Shown here piece after piece: positions 1-13,087 of a stretch of DNA of 64,000 bases (its first letter is position 1; every line of letters starts with the position of its first letter). This DNA comes from Octopus sinensis. Its lineage: Eukaryota. The position numbers were made by a program, and so were the translations under genes. The notes below the pieces were generated by a model that saw nothing but the letters and a program-made list of their open reading frames with translations, had not been told where the DNA came from and searched no databases. The stretch covers positions 15,996,001 through 16,060,000 of the forward strand of contig NC_043015.1 in assembly GCF_006345805.1 (NCBI RefSeq), written 5' to 3'.

Positions 1-1
1 G

Positions 2-979
2 GCAATACAGAACCCTGAGGACACTAAACACCTGCAATGTGAGCTGGACGAAATATACAAGTGGGCTGAAAAGAATAGCATGCAGTTCAATGCTGAAAAG
101 TTTCAAGCTTTATACTATCAGCATGCAAAACTGAATGCAATACCCAATGAATACACTGGACCCGGAGGGATTGCAATCCCAGAGGCACAATCAGTGCGTG
201 ACCTGGGTATTCACATGAGTGATGACGCGACCTTTCATGTACATGTTGCTAAACTGACAATGAAATGTAGACGGCTGGCTGGATGGATTCTTAGAACCTT
301 TAGAACAAGAGAACAAGAAACCATGATGGTCCTCTGGAAGACACTTGTCCTAAGCCACTTTGACTATTGCTCTCAGCTATGGTCACCATCCAGTGTCAAG
401 TTGATCACAGAACTTGAGGCGATCCAACGAAGCTACACAAAGAAGATAGCCTCTATGCAGAATGTAAGCTACTGGGAAAGACTCAAGAGATTAAAATTAT
501 ATTCTCTGGAGCGTAGGCGGGAAAGATATGCCATAATATACATCTGGAAGATCCTGGAGGGAAGTGTCCTGAACTTTGGCATCGAGAGTTATGCAAATGC
601 CAGAACTGGGCGCCACTGCGTGGTGCCTAGGACTCCAAACCTGCCATCAAGATGTAGGACAAGATTCTGTGATAGCCTGGGCTTCCGAGGCCCACAGCTC
701 TTCAATATCCTCCCGAAGAACCTGAGAGACCTGCATGAGGTGGATACAGATGTCTTTAAAATGAAGCTGGATCTCTTCCTGTCAGGTGTCCCAGATGAAC
801 CAACTTCACGGCAGGAGGGGCAGATGAGGGCAGCTGCATCGAACTCTCTCATGCACCAAATAGCAGTTGCTAGAAAGCCTCCATGAAGTGAAACCAAGTA
901 GCAACACCAAATGGCGGTGCCCCAGCATGGCCACAGCTCATAAGCTGAAACTAGAATCAATCAATCAATCAATCAATCA
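2..979 (+). mobile_element. 3' end of a CR1/L2/Jockey-group LINE: intact RT C-terminal frame (2-886), short 3'UTR and (AATC)n tail
   Basis: The frame is open from base 2 (LQCELDEIYKWAEKNSMQFNAEKF...LWKTLVLSHFDYCSQLWSP...SLERRRER). It ends in a stem-loop at 934-947 followed by (AATC)n. Confidence 0.9.
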
Positions 980-1025
980 TATACATATATATATACATAT
1001 ATATATATACATATACATATATATA

Positions 1026-1058
<33 letters not shown>

Positions 1059-1595
1059 ACATATATATATACATATACATATACATACATATACATATAT
1101 ATATACATATACATACATATATATATATATACATATATATAATATACCTATACATATATACATATAATATATACATAATATATATACATATACTATACAT
1201 ATATATATACTATACATATACATATATATATACATATACATATACATATATATACTATATATATATATATCTATTTATATATATATATATATATAATATA
1301 CATATATAGATACAAATATATATACATATTATATATACATATACATTATATATATTATATACATATATAAAATATATATATATTATTACATATACATATA
1401 TATATACATATACATATATATATAATATACATATAAATATATATATATATATACATATATACATATACATATATACATATTATATATATATATACACACA
1501 CACACATAATATATATATATATATACACACACACACATATATATATATATATACATACATATATATATATATGTGTATATACATATACATATATA
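980..1595. repeat. (TA)n/(TATACA)n/(CA)n microsatellite complex
   Basis: Direct reading; source of the spurious IY/YM ORFs. Confidence 0.97.
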
Positions 1596-2640
1596 TGCAC
1601 CAAGTGTAAGCTATGAACACATAAGAGGTGCAGCAATGTCAAAGGAAGGCTATCTAGAAAGATAGTTTTTGTATGTGGTAGATGCTCAGGAGCAATAAAC
1701 ACTGAAAATGCCCAGAGACCAACTTCCGCCACATTCCAGGGAGAAAAATTAGAAATAGTTGATAGATTTCATTATGTAGCTGACCAAGTCAATAGCGGGG
1801 TGTGTGTGCTTAAAGTGTAACTTCTAGAGTAAGAATAGCCTGGGCAAAGTTCAGAGAGCTCTTACCTCTGCTGGTGACAAAAGGCCTCTTGCTCAGAGTA
1901 AAAGGCAGACTGTATGATGCAGGTGTACGAACAACCATGCAACATGGTCGTGAAACATGGGCTGTGACTGCTGAGGATATGCGTAAGCTAGCAAGAAATG
2001 AAGCCAGTATGCTCCGATGGATGTGTAATGTCAGTGTTCATACTCGACAGAGTGTAAGTACCTTGAGAGAAAAGTTGGATCTAAGAAGCATCAGTTGTGG
2101 TGTGCAAGAGAGACTTTTGCGCTGGTATGGCAATGTGGCGAGAATGAATGAAGATAGTTGTGTGAAAAAGTGCCACACCCTAGTGGTTGAGGGAACCTGT
2201 GGAAGAGGTAGACCCAGGAAAACCTGGGACGAGGTGGTGAAGCACGACCTTCAAACTTTAGGTCTCACTGAGGAAATGACTAGAGAACAAGACCTTTGGA
2301 AGTATGCTGTGTGTGAGAAGACCCGGCAGGACAAGTGAGACCATAACCCATGGCCTCTACCTGGTATGTAGCCAGTCCACTTATGCATACCTTTCCTTCT
2401 TGGGACACAAAACTCTACTTGTGAAGACCTGTTGAGGCCAGTGAAAATCAAAATCAAAATCGATCAACATCAATGGAAATTGTAGCTGTGGTACCAGTGA
2501 CGGTGACACGTAAGAGAACTATCCAAACATGGCTGTTGCCAGTGCCGCACCGACTGGCCTCCGTGCCAGTGTCACGTAAAAAGCACCATTCGATCATGGC
2601 CATTAGCAGCCTCGCTTGCCACGATGATGATGATGATGAT
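1596..2640 (+). mobile_element. 5'-truncated, decayed RTE-clade LINE (PHD-like finger, RT C-terminus, 3'UTR, (GAT)n tail)
   Basis: Translation contains EIVDRFHYVADQ, RVRIAWAKFRELLPLL, MLRWMC, RWYGNVARM and GRGRPRKTWDEVV, which are typical RTE C-terminal motifs. One stop and a frameshift are present. Confidence 0.9.
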
Positions 2641-2675
2641 ATATATATACATACATACATACATATATATATATA

Positions 2676-2707
<32 letters not shown>

Positions 2708-2776
2708 CATACATACATACATATATATACATACATACATACATACATATATACATACATACATATATATATATAC

Positions 2777-2807
<31 letters not shown>

Positions 2808-3030
2808 CATACATACATACATATATATATACATACATACATATATATATATATACATACATATATATATATACATACATATATATATATACATATATAT
2901 ATATACATATATATATATATACATACATATATATATACATACATATATATATACATACATATATATATACATACATATATATATACATACATATATATAT
3001 ACATACATATATATATACATACATATATAT

Positions 3031-3089
<59 letters not shown>

Positions 3090-3135
3090 CATACATACAT
3101 ATATATATTACATACATACATACATACATACATAT

Positions 3136-3166
<31 letters not shown>

Positions 3167-3265
3167 CATATATATATAATATATATATATATAATACATA
3201 CATATATATATACATACATACATATATATATATATACTACATACATATATATATATACATACATA

Positions 3266-3354
<89 letters not shown>

Positions 3355-3415
3355 CATACATATATATATACATACATATATATATACATACATATATATA
3401 TACATACATATATAT

Positions 3416-3470
<55 letters not shown>

Positions 3471-3510
3471 CATACATACATATATATATATAACATACAT
3501 ACATATATAT
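2641..3510. repeat. ~870 bp (TA)n/(TACA)n microsatellite
   Basis: Direct reading. Confidence 0.97.
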
Positions 3511-4718
3511 CTTAATCCACTTATAATTCCCTTGATTGCTATTAGTTGCATCCTATGTCAAGGATACCAAACTTCTACACTTCTTTGTCATTTTTAACTT
3601 TAGCTTATGCTAAATTGCTCCACATTCTCTGATAATTTCTATCTACACCTGAGTGGCAGTAAGATGGGTACTAAGATGAGTCCCAATGATGCCAACTTAT
3701 CATTAGCAACATTGAAGCTCAAATTTCCACTGCAAATTTTATGGCTAATTCATTGATAATATCAATGCCATCTCACCCACCAGACATCAATTCACATTTT
3801 CATATCCTGTATCAATAGCTTCCATCAACCCTCTCTTATACTTTCAGCAGCATCCTAGACGTCCATGTCTCTCTTCCATAAACAGGTCAACTACAAACAG
3901 AGCTCAATCTCAGCATGACTTTTCTTGCTTGTATACCACTCACACCAAACCTACAATTCCATTCTCCAAACATCTACTGCTTCTGCAGCAATAAGACTCA
4001 TTTGTTTTAAAGCTGAAACAAACACACCATTTTTTCTTGTTTGTTGACTCTGCCTGATATGAAGCACACTCTACCACCTGAGCTGTCAGACTCATGCTCA
4101 CTCCTGTCCTTCTACAGTTCAGCTTTTCTTCAACACACATGCCTTTAAACTTCCCAATTTCTATTATCCAAACTCTGCAATTATTCTTATGTTTTCTGAC
4201 CTTCTACTTTTACTTTTCAAAAGCAATAACAATAAAAGGAGCAAGAAATAACAGCTATAGATTTATGGATTATGAAATATTCAACACCATGCATAAATTT
4301 AGACTTCTTATTTGTGATCACAATCCTTTAAAATCAATTGGTATAAAAATAATTCATAATGGTTTGCCAAGTTTTGTAACAGAAATAAATTAGAAATAAA
4401 AACTGAAGCGCATATTTTAGAGTCATAAGAAGTCCGACCATTGAACAACTTTAGATTAACATTTCAGCTGATTGACTTTTTTGGTTTTTTACATAGTCTA
4501 GGATATCCTATTATATTTATTAGTAGAATAATTTCTTTGTTGAATGAGATAATTTACATTCAAAACTTTGACTGATAAAGTAATTTTTTAAAGAATTTGA
4601 AGATATGGTCTTAAATTATTTTATTTAAAAGCATGAAATGATCTTAAACTAAAAAAAAAGAGAATGTTACTGAAAGAATTTGGTACAAATGAGGAATAAT
4701 TAATGAACATTTACTCAC

Positions 4719-4763
4719 CGGAATTCCAGGAAGCCCTCGCATGCCTGGCAAACCCTGGTCTCC
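4719..4763 (-). CDS. COL4A1: Collagen IV alpha1-like exon, 45 nt (GDQGLPGMRGLPGIP); the gene continues beyond the left edge of the window
   Basis: Acceptor tttctttctttacag, donor gtgagtaa, 5 Gly-X-Y triplets, phase 0/0. Confidence 0.92.
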
Positions 4764-5899
4764 CTGTAAAGAAAGAAACATAATAATTGCAAATATTGGT
4801 TTTAAATTGATGACATTGTTCTCTATGAGATATAACTAGTAATTTTTTTTTTACTTTTAAACCATACTATGCACAATATAAAACAATTCATTTGACTTTT
4901 TTTATCATCAAAACATGATTCTTGCTATTTATTTACTTCACTGATTTTGTCAATTTGACGCAATAAACATACCCCAAAGAGACAAGTCAGTGAAGAAAAT
5001 ACACTATATTGTTATCTTCTTTGCTGTAGATACACTTATTAAAAAAATATATGGGTTAATCACATGTGGGATATCTGTGATCATATATTCACTTGACTGG
5101 GGCTGATATGATAAATATTGTTTGGAGGATTTTGTGGTTATACAATGAAATAACTTTTCTTATAGAAAGCACTGCAGGACTACTATTTTTATGTTGTTTC
5201 TGTTGAATAAATTATGAAGTTATCTTTATGGAAGTGCTTGTTGTTTAAGGAAAGGAATTGTTTTACATTCCTGGTAACTAGATTACAATGCAGGTAACAG
5301 GGAATTACATTTCTGACTTAACTTGATGATGAATTCTGTCTTTGACTTTAGAATTTAGATTGTTCTTTTGCCAAATTTAGCTTTTAGTTTTTCTGTATTT
5401 AAAGTTTTTATTGTGTGATTGCTTTATTGTGTGACTGGTATTGTTTCCTATTTGTTCTAGTTCTACAAATAGACTTGCAATATACAACCAAAGAAAGATA
5501 GCTGTAATTGTTGAAACACTGAATCCTTTCCTTTGAATAATGATTGTATAAACAACATTCATTATCCAAGGGACATTGTATATCAGGCTAATACTACACA
5601 TTTAAGAGATGACCATGCTAGTATAAAACTAATCAGCATCCTCAAGATCCAACTGTTAGTAATAATAATCATACTACAAAGAGTAATAATTAACCAGTGT
5701 ACAGTATCTTGGCAGAAGAATAAAGCATTCTTAAATGAACAGACTTGATTCTTAAGATAAAAATCTTGTTTAATTTAATTGGCAGCAACCCAATTAGTTT
5801 ATTGAAGAGAACCACATAATAAAAGCTCTAAGTGCAGAAAAGTGAAAAGCTAAACTTAACAAAAAGATCAATCTGAATTACAAAGTCAAAGACAGCTTA

Positions 5900-6400
5900 T
5901 TATATAATTAAGTCAGAAGCATAATGGAGATTTAAGAACTTGCAGGATCAATGATGGGTTGACAAAGCCAAAGAATACAAGACTACTCATACAGGAACCA
6001 CTCAAGTGGCCAAAAACGTCATTGGATTCACAACGATAGGGTTACTGTTAAATCTCCAAATGCTCAATCTAATTGATAAAGGTGCTATACTACAGAGATG
6101 GTAAGAACATTTAGAAAATTTATATAATTATCTATCAATGCATCACCTGAGTAACACATTCATCTTTCTAAACCTAAATGTTCCACCCTGACTTCAAGAA
6201 TTTAATGTGGCAGTCTCAAAAATGAGAAGCTTTTACAGAACTAGATAAAATTCTAGTGGAACTTAACAAGTGTGGTGATCAAGTCTTTCATATTGCATTT
6301 CCTTATCTCTCCCTTCATAACTGGGAACAAGATAAAATAATTGTAGATTTTTAAAATGTTACCATTGCAAATGCAAACAGTATGAAAGCTAGGGTCCTTT
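5900..6400 (+). mobile_element. Heavily decayed RTE-like LINE fragment (linker before RT)
   Basis: Residual ILQRW*EHLENLYN and PTL..EFNVAVSKM resemble RTE linker motifs; many stops. Confidence 0.35.
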
Positions 6401-6689
6401 TAGGTCAAACATAGGCTTATACAGCCATTTCAGAATGCATAGATGAATTTAATGAAAGAAAGATAAGGGTGAGTGTATGGGATAGCCATTTCCAAATGTA
6501 AACCATAATGCAAAACAACAAATTATTACTTTAGCTTTAAATAAAAAAAATTCTAACATGCAACTTTTACTATTTATATAAATCCTGTAAAAACTTAGTT
6601 ATTATTGGTGATTTTCTTCACAGCCCTTTTCCTATATAGCAATTTATTATTTCTTATATAATGATTCATTATTTCTCTTTTCTATTTTA

Positions 6690-7480
6690 ATACAATTTCT
6701 GCTCGATGTGGATGGTCTAAAATGTATCCTTATAGTTACAAACTTCTATTTCTATTGCCTCTTGCAATCTCCAGAAGTTTTTTGTTGGTCCGGAGTTTTT
6801 CATAAATGCCTGAGCACTCCTATGTGAAGTTACATATTTTGAGTTTTTCTTTGACTAAATCAACTTGCTGACAATATATTTTCTTTCTCCAAGTTCAGGT
6901 CATAATTTAAAATTTTTTCTGTGTAAGCATTACTGCATGTAATAGAGAAGATGTGCAATAGAGAAGAATCTTCAGACTTTAAAAGAAAGCTCAGATTTAC
7001 TGAATATGTTAATATAACATTTTTCAATTCTCGGGAATATTGCCTCTAACAACATCATATTTTTCATATAACTCATCCATATCAATATCTTGAAGGTTAC
7101 AGCTCTCCAATTCTCCAAAAGGTATGATATTTGTTCGGATAAGTTTTGATGATTTGTTATGAAAGCCGTTTTCAGAGAAGTTACTCCTATCATAAATGTT
7201 TTATGGTTCTTCCTTGGAAAATAATGAAATTTGCATCCGGTATAAGCTGGCTAAGCTTGGTACACCCTACAAAGGCAACAAAACAAAAGTCTATGTTTCT
7301 CTCAAGTTTGCTAATCAGTTCAGTCATTAGCTTACATAATGAAGTGATGCCGAATATCTTGGCTTCTTAGTCCTTCAGTAGTGTCTGAGAATGATTCAAA
7401 AGCATGACTGAAAAAGTATCTCTCTGATGAATCACAGGCATTTCCTTCACCTGCAAATTACTTCCACTGTGCCTTTAGGC
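6690..7480 (-). mobile_element. Possible hAT transposase fossil (C-terminal part)
   Basis: The minus-strand translation VTSHRSAQAFMKNSGPTKNFWRLQ...TIHIEQK loosely resembles the hAT dimerisation motif. Very degenerate. Confidence 0.3.
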
Positions 7481-10400
7481 ACCACTCCTAACTTTGACTC
7501 AAAAAATAATTTTCAAGACTTCTCAACACTTAAGCATCCTGTCAATAAATGGCAAAAGTGAGAATCATCTTGCCACGATATGGCATAAGATTATAATTAC
7601 CGACATCCGCAAATTCACAAAATTCTTTTAACTGTACAGTTCTTTCAGCTGACTTTGCTGAAATGTACATTTTATGCACAATATTTTCAACATAAAACAC
7701 CAGTTTTCCTGCAGTAAATCCTGTTATAATGTACAAAACATAGGCTAGACAAATTAGAGAAATAATGTTCATTTGGCTGATTTTCAAATTTTGATAAACC
7801 CTGTGTTTTCTATACATTACACTTGTATTGTCAGCAGTGTATACAGACACTTTATTGGACGAAATCCAAAGACAAAATGTTTTTTTATGCTTTGCATTTC
7901 ATTCCCTACCACCATCCTGCTTTCCAATGATAGTGCCATTTCTGCTCTTTTCAGGGCTTCAGGATTTCACCATGGCCATGGCAGGGTGGTTAACATGTGT
8001 TATGCCTTGCCAAAAGGCAACCTGTGATTTTGCCTGGGATTGTTTATTGAGTATTCGCAGCTAACTTATATATATAGGTCATTCCCTTTCATGGCTTTGT
8101 AGAATTACAATAAGCCAAAACATTAAAAGCAATCCATTTCCACCTTGAAAGTGTTAATATGTATAGTGTTTCTTCAGAGGAAAAAGTAATGGATTTTAAA
8201 TTCTAACAATGATTTGGTCACAAGATAAAAAATAAAATGCTTCAACTAATTGTGCCATGTATTTTTGTGCTATGTATTTCTGTGTCAACTCTTCTCCACA
8301 ACCAACACTTCTGAATGAGTCTTAAATGTTTCATGGCAGGATATATTTTACACAGTTCTACAGCTGAGATTTTGTAATTTGGAGTTGAACAAGTAGGTGA
8401 GAAAAATGATGGCAATGAGGACCCACCAATAATTCAAGTGTTTAAAATTATCTCTGGCATTCAACTAGTTTTTCCCCTTCCTGCTGATGTCCTCATCCCA
8501 ATGCAACATAGCGCACAAACAGTTTAGTGGATATCTTTTCCTGCTTTGGGCAATAAATTCAAATTCTTTATCTCATTCATGGCTAAGCATAATTTAATTT
8601 CTAGCAATCCTTTAGGGGCTTGAAACAAGAACAAAAACTCAACCAGCCTTGGGTATACTTGCTTCACATATGTGACTTGTATATTGAAAGTAGGCAGTGA
8701 ATTGGGTTTTTTTAATTTTGTTCTTTTAAATACATCACATAATATGCCCTCACTTTTTAATTATATTTTTTAAACTATATATCTTATTTTACTGTTATTA
8801 TTATAAAGCCAGATGTCTTACCACCCTATATGTCTACTACTATTGTATGATTTATCTTGGGCAGAGCCACACCATACAATAATACCTCAAAACAGGGCTG
8901 TTTATGTTTGACTGACACAGATCACATAATAAACAACCTCACGCTAATAATAAATAGAGCTAATGTTGACTTGCAGATAGATTATGAAATTTTATACATC
9001 TTTTGTGGGGTAACAGTCAGAGCAGTAATAAATAATGCATCATGAGACATGACACCACTTTGTCTTTTCTTCAAAAGCTATGACAGAATTTACTGAAGAC
9101 TGTTGTGCCAAAATTCCTGAATGCTAGCATGGAATTTCAGTATGGAAGTAGCTACAGGTAATTTATATATATATATAATATATATATCTATATATATATA
9201 TAAAACAAGAATCTGGGAAATTTTGGGGGTATTATTTAATCACTATTTACACATACACATGTTTCATTTGCTAATAGAAATCACAAAGTCGTATATGTTG
9301 GATAAACATGTAAGAAATTTCCAATTTAAAATTCTTCAGATAGAGAATCAAATGGTATTATTTATATTATTTGATTCTCTGCCTGAAGAATTTATTGCTT
9401 TTTTTTAAATTCCAACAATATTATACTAATAAATGTTGAGTTGATAATGATTTGGCTTTTACTCTAACAATTGATTACTAAATTACACCAGAATGGACAG
9501 AACATAATAATGTGAGTAACCTGCATACCTGTGTGTGTGAGTGTAAATGCGCAAATATAAGGAATTATATTCATATCTGTTTAGTCTCAAATCTGAAATT
9601 AAGCCTCATTATGTACATGACCCATACTTAATTCTGATGGCTTGGTTGAGTTAAAATAAAACAAAACATTAAAACAACCTATTGCCTGTTTGAAAGTACC
9701 AATATTTATAATGTGTCTTCAGTGAAAGAAGCAATGCATTTTGTATTCTAACAATGTGTTGGCCACATTAAAAAATATTTCAACTGCTTTTGCCATATCT
9801 CAACCAATCATTTGTGTAACTACTTATAATAAACTACAGATGCTATTAACGAGGCATGAGAGCAGGATGTCTTTTTTTTATTAAAGGGGCAAAAATTCAT
9901 ATTGTTACAAGCTTAAATATTGTTACAAAGAAATCAATTGTCCCCCATAATCAAGAAGATTAGAGAAAAAAGATAATGCAAAGAAGAAAAACTGAAAGCT
10001 ATTTATCACAAAGCTCTTAAATGTGTAGTCAGTTATGAAAAAAATTCTGAAATTCCTATTTCTTTTGTTATATGTAACATAAGCAGATTGGAAAAAAAGA
10101 TAAAATACAAGAAAGAATCTAGGGTGGTTAAGCAATCATCTTTAAGCATTACAAAGTATCTGACCCATCAAAAAGTTATGGACCATTAATTTTTTCCCTT
10201 TCTCTTATTAAATCAAATTGGATGGAACCCTTTCATAACCCAGTAAATTAAGAAGTAACAATATTATGATTTCTTGCATATAAGCACACAACTTCAGATC
10301 TGTAAATATTATAATATTGTGGCATCGAAGTATTTCTAAAAAACATTAGCAACTGGAAAACGGAGCAAAGTCATGGATCCAAATTACTTCAGTATTTATA

Positions 10401-11954
10401 GATACAGGAATAAAAAAAAAGAATTAATTAATTTGAAGAAAAATAATGTAGATTTCAATATGTTGAATTACACTTCCTACTCCATCTAAATAGTTCTAAG
10501 AATTACCTACAAAAAGACAATCACTATGAAGTAGGGATAAGCTTTCTGCCAATTTCTGATGTACTACAAGGTTCAACTATTTCTACATTCTTCTTTCTCT
10601 GCACTAATACTCTGCTTGCTGTCCTTTCCCAAAGCCCAAATAAGACTCCCAGATGAGGATAGTATACTGCTGTACATACAAACATCTACATCCACAAGAT
10701 CATCCAAATAACAGGTAAAGACATGCTGTCTTCTAATTCTGCTTATTCTGTCATTACTACAATGGTTTAATGTTATTACTGTTTCTCAACACAAGCTAGT
10801 TATAAGCTACCTCTACTCAAACCCACCAAACATATTTGTCTCTCCTCCATATATCACTCCTTCTATGTCTCTCCCATCCCCTAATCAATTCTCTGGAATT
10901 CCTTCTTTCTTTGCCCATGTATTTTCTGCACGCGTTCAGACTGAACTACATCAGTCTTATAGGGCCTATGACTGTCTTTCTTCCTGACTACACCAAAAGA
11001 AAATCATAGCATAAATAGTAGCATTTAATGCAATCATTTCCTTTATTAGTAGTGCTATCGTGCTGCTAAAGACTAGATGTGGAATTCAATTGTGCCATAT
11101 CCCAAGAAAAGTTTTCTCTAACCATTTCCTTAAATGCAATTAAATTTAATAAATTAAGATGATAATTATTTTAAAGATTAATAAGAAGATAATGCAGGTT
11201 TGAATGCCTCAGCCAGCCATCTGACACTTGTTATTCAAGCAATTTTTTCTTATAAATCTTTTCTTTGATCAGGGTTTAGATTTCAACTTCAGTAACAAGG
11301 AATAAAACAAAAATTTTAAACTATGAACTTCTTAAGAAAGCTTTCCTGAATTGAAAGATAACTCAGAATTACTAACTATAGTCTAGAAGAAATTCATCCA
11401 GTTGTCTATTGTATGAAAAAGAGTGCATTAAATGTTTCATAACACCTTTATGCTTGAGAGGATTTGTAGTTTATCTTTGATGAATTATTTGTTGTATGTG
11501 ACTAGTAACTCTGACTCAGTGATCCATTAAATTATCATTTAGACCACTAATATATACCAACAAATGTATAAATGCACAAACATATATCCAATTTATAGAT
11601 GTATGAGTATATTTTCATATATTTGTATGCATAGCTTGTGAAGTCAGTGTTGCCAGGTCAATTTAATTAAAAAAATAATGTACAAGGTTAACCCCAAATT
11701 GTAGTTTTGCTAGTAAATTAAAGATTACTTGTAGGTTGTTTCTAAGTTACTTAATTTGTGTGTGTGTGTGTGTTTTCTTTTTTTGTAATTATTTGAATTC
11801 TTCCTCTGAAGAAGGAGCTGGTTTCTAATAAAGTTCCATCATTACAGTGTAGATAGTAAAAACAATGTCACATTTTAAACTTGAGAAAAGTCTTGCGTAT
11901 TTTGACTGTTCCTCTTTCAGATTGTATTTGTAATGTGCAAGTTAGTTTCTGAAA

Positions 11955-12382
11955 ACTAGCTTATCCAGATCATCATAAACCAAGTGCACCAATTATTATT
12001 TATAGTCTGTATATAGAAGCTGGAGATTTTGAAGCAGTTGTCCATAATTATCCTCTTTCTTTTTGATTTCAGAGATATTTACATCAGCAGGGCAGCTGAC
12101 CTCTAGAACAGTACATACTATTCTTTGTTTGTCTCAAACAATGATATCCAACCTGTTATGCTTACACTTGAAATATGTTTTGATGACAATGTTCCACCAG
12201 TATTCCCTATGTTGATGTTGGTGTATGTATTCAATAACAGAGGAACGCTCTATATTTATTCCAATGCAGTCTTTTATCCAAACGGTATTGTATATTGTTT
12301 TTGCAACATCATTTCGTATTGGGAGATAGTACCTTGATGACATTTTGGGGCAGCTGCTAATCACGTGAGTGCTGTCTTCTGG
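11955..12382 (-). mobile_element. R4/Dong-like non-LTR retrotransposon fossil, RLE endonuclease part
   Basis: EDSTHVISSCP..YYLPIRNDVAKTIY...EYWWN..KHNRLDIIV*D...LEVSCPAD...KKEDNY..L..IIIGALG corresponds to the CCHC tail plus the PD-(D/E)xK restriction-like endonuclease signature. Confidence 0.8.
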
Positions 12383-12552
12383 AGATGAGGAATTATGTAC
12401 ATTATTTACATTTGACAGATATTTGTCCTCATCTTGTTTGTTGTTAACACAATGTTTTGGCTGATATACCCTCCAGCCTTCATCAGGTGTCTCAGGGAAA
12501 TTTCGAACCTGGGTTCTCATTCCTAAGGTATTTTTTGATGCTATTGTTATTA

Positions 12553-12595
<43 letters not shown>

Positions 12596-12612
12596 CATCA
12601 TTCAGGTTACTG
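12383..12612 (-). mobile_element. Head-truncated copy of the tRNA-headed hammerhead-bearing short element
   Basis: Collinear with 12868-13087: cagt(a/g)acctgaat, (AAT)n, gcatc.aaaaataccttaggaatgagaaccc, then the hammerhead segment. Confidence 0.85.
12446..12491 (-). ncRNA. Minimal type I hammerhead ribozyme motif (decayed, GAAA changed to AAAA)
   Basis: acac CTGATGA a GGCTG gagggtatat CAGCC aaaac att gtgt. Stem I acac/gtgt and stem II are intact; two G>A changes are at CpG sites. Confidence 0.65.
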
Positions 12613-12795
12613 AATAATAATAGACAAAGAACACCACTGGAAAATATGAAAACTAAAAGAAGCAGCACATATGCTAGGACACAACAGCCTCCTAAGCAGA
12701 CCAAGTGCAAATATGAGTAGCATATGGGAACCAGTATTAAGGAAAGATAGGAAAATATTAGATTTATAAGCCCTAAAATTCACTCTATAATTGCC

Positions 12796-12874
12796 CACGG
12801 GCATATGGTGTAGTGGTCAAGAGTGAAGCGTGGGCTACTAACCCCAAGATTCCAAGTTCAAATCCAGGCAGTGA

Positions 12875-12915
<41 letters not shown>

Positions 12916-13087
12916 GTAGTAGTAGTAATAATAATAATAATAACAACAACAGCATCGAAAAATACCTTAGGAATGAGAACCCAAGTTTGAAATTTCCCCA
13001 AGACACCTGATGAAGGCTGGAGAGTATATCAGCCGAAACATGTTAACAACGAGATGTGGACAAATATCCATCAAATGTAAATAATGT
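12796..13087 (+). mobile_element. tRNA-derived SINE-like element: Pol III head, (AAT)n spacer, hammerhead-containing 3' module
   Basis: A-box TGGTGTAGTGG at 12806-12816, B-box GTTCAAATCC at 12856-12865, tRNA-like anticodon arm GGG-CTACTAA-CCC, microsatellite, then the hammerhead core. Confidence 0.8.
13002..13046 (+). ncRNA. Minimal type I hammerhead ribozyme motif (core intact, stem I 3' strand damaged)
   Basis: gacac CTGATGA(13007-13013) a GGCTG gagagtatat CAGCC GAAA(13035-13038) catgtt, with palindromic stem III AACATGTT. Confidence 0.7.

Noticed and set aside
867-3597. Long ORFs rich in I/Y/H/T/M/C (up to 374 aa), also at 21004-21880, 58645-59152 and 63001-63317
   Set aside because: These are translations of (TA)n/(TACA)n/(CA)n microsatellites, which lack stop codons in some frames. 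They are not genes.
12799-12875. Functional tRNA gene
   Set aside because: The acceptor and T stems do not pair fully, the apparent anticodon ACT is non-standard, and the sequence is fused to a repeat module. It is treated as a SINE head.
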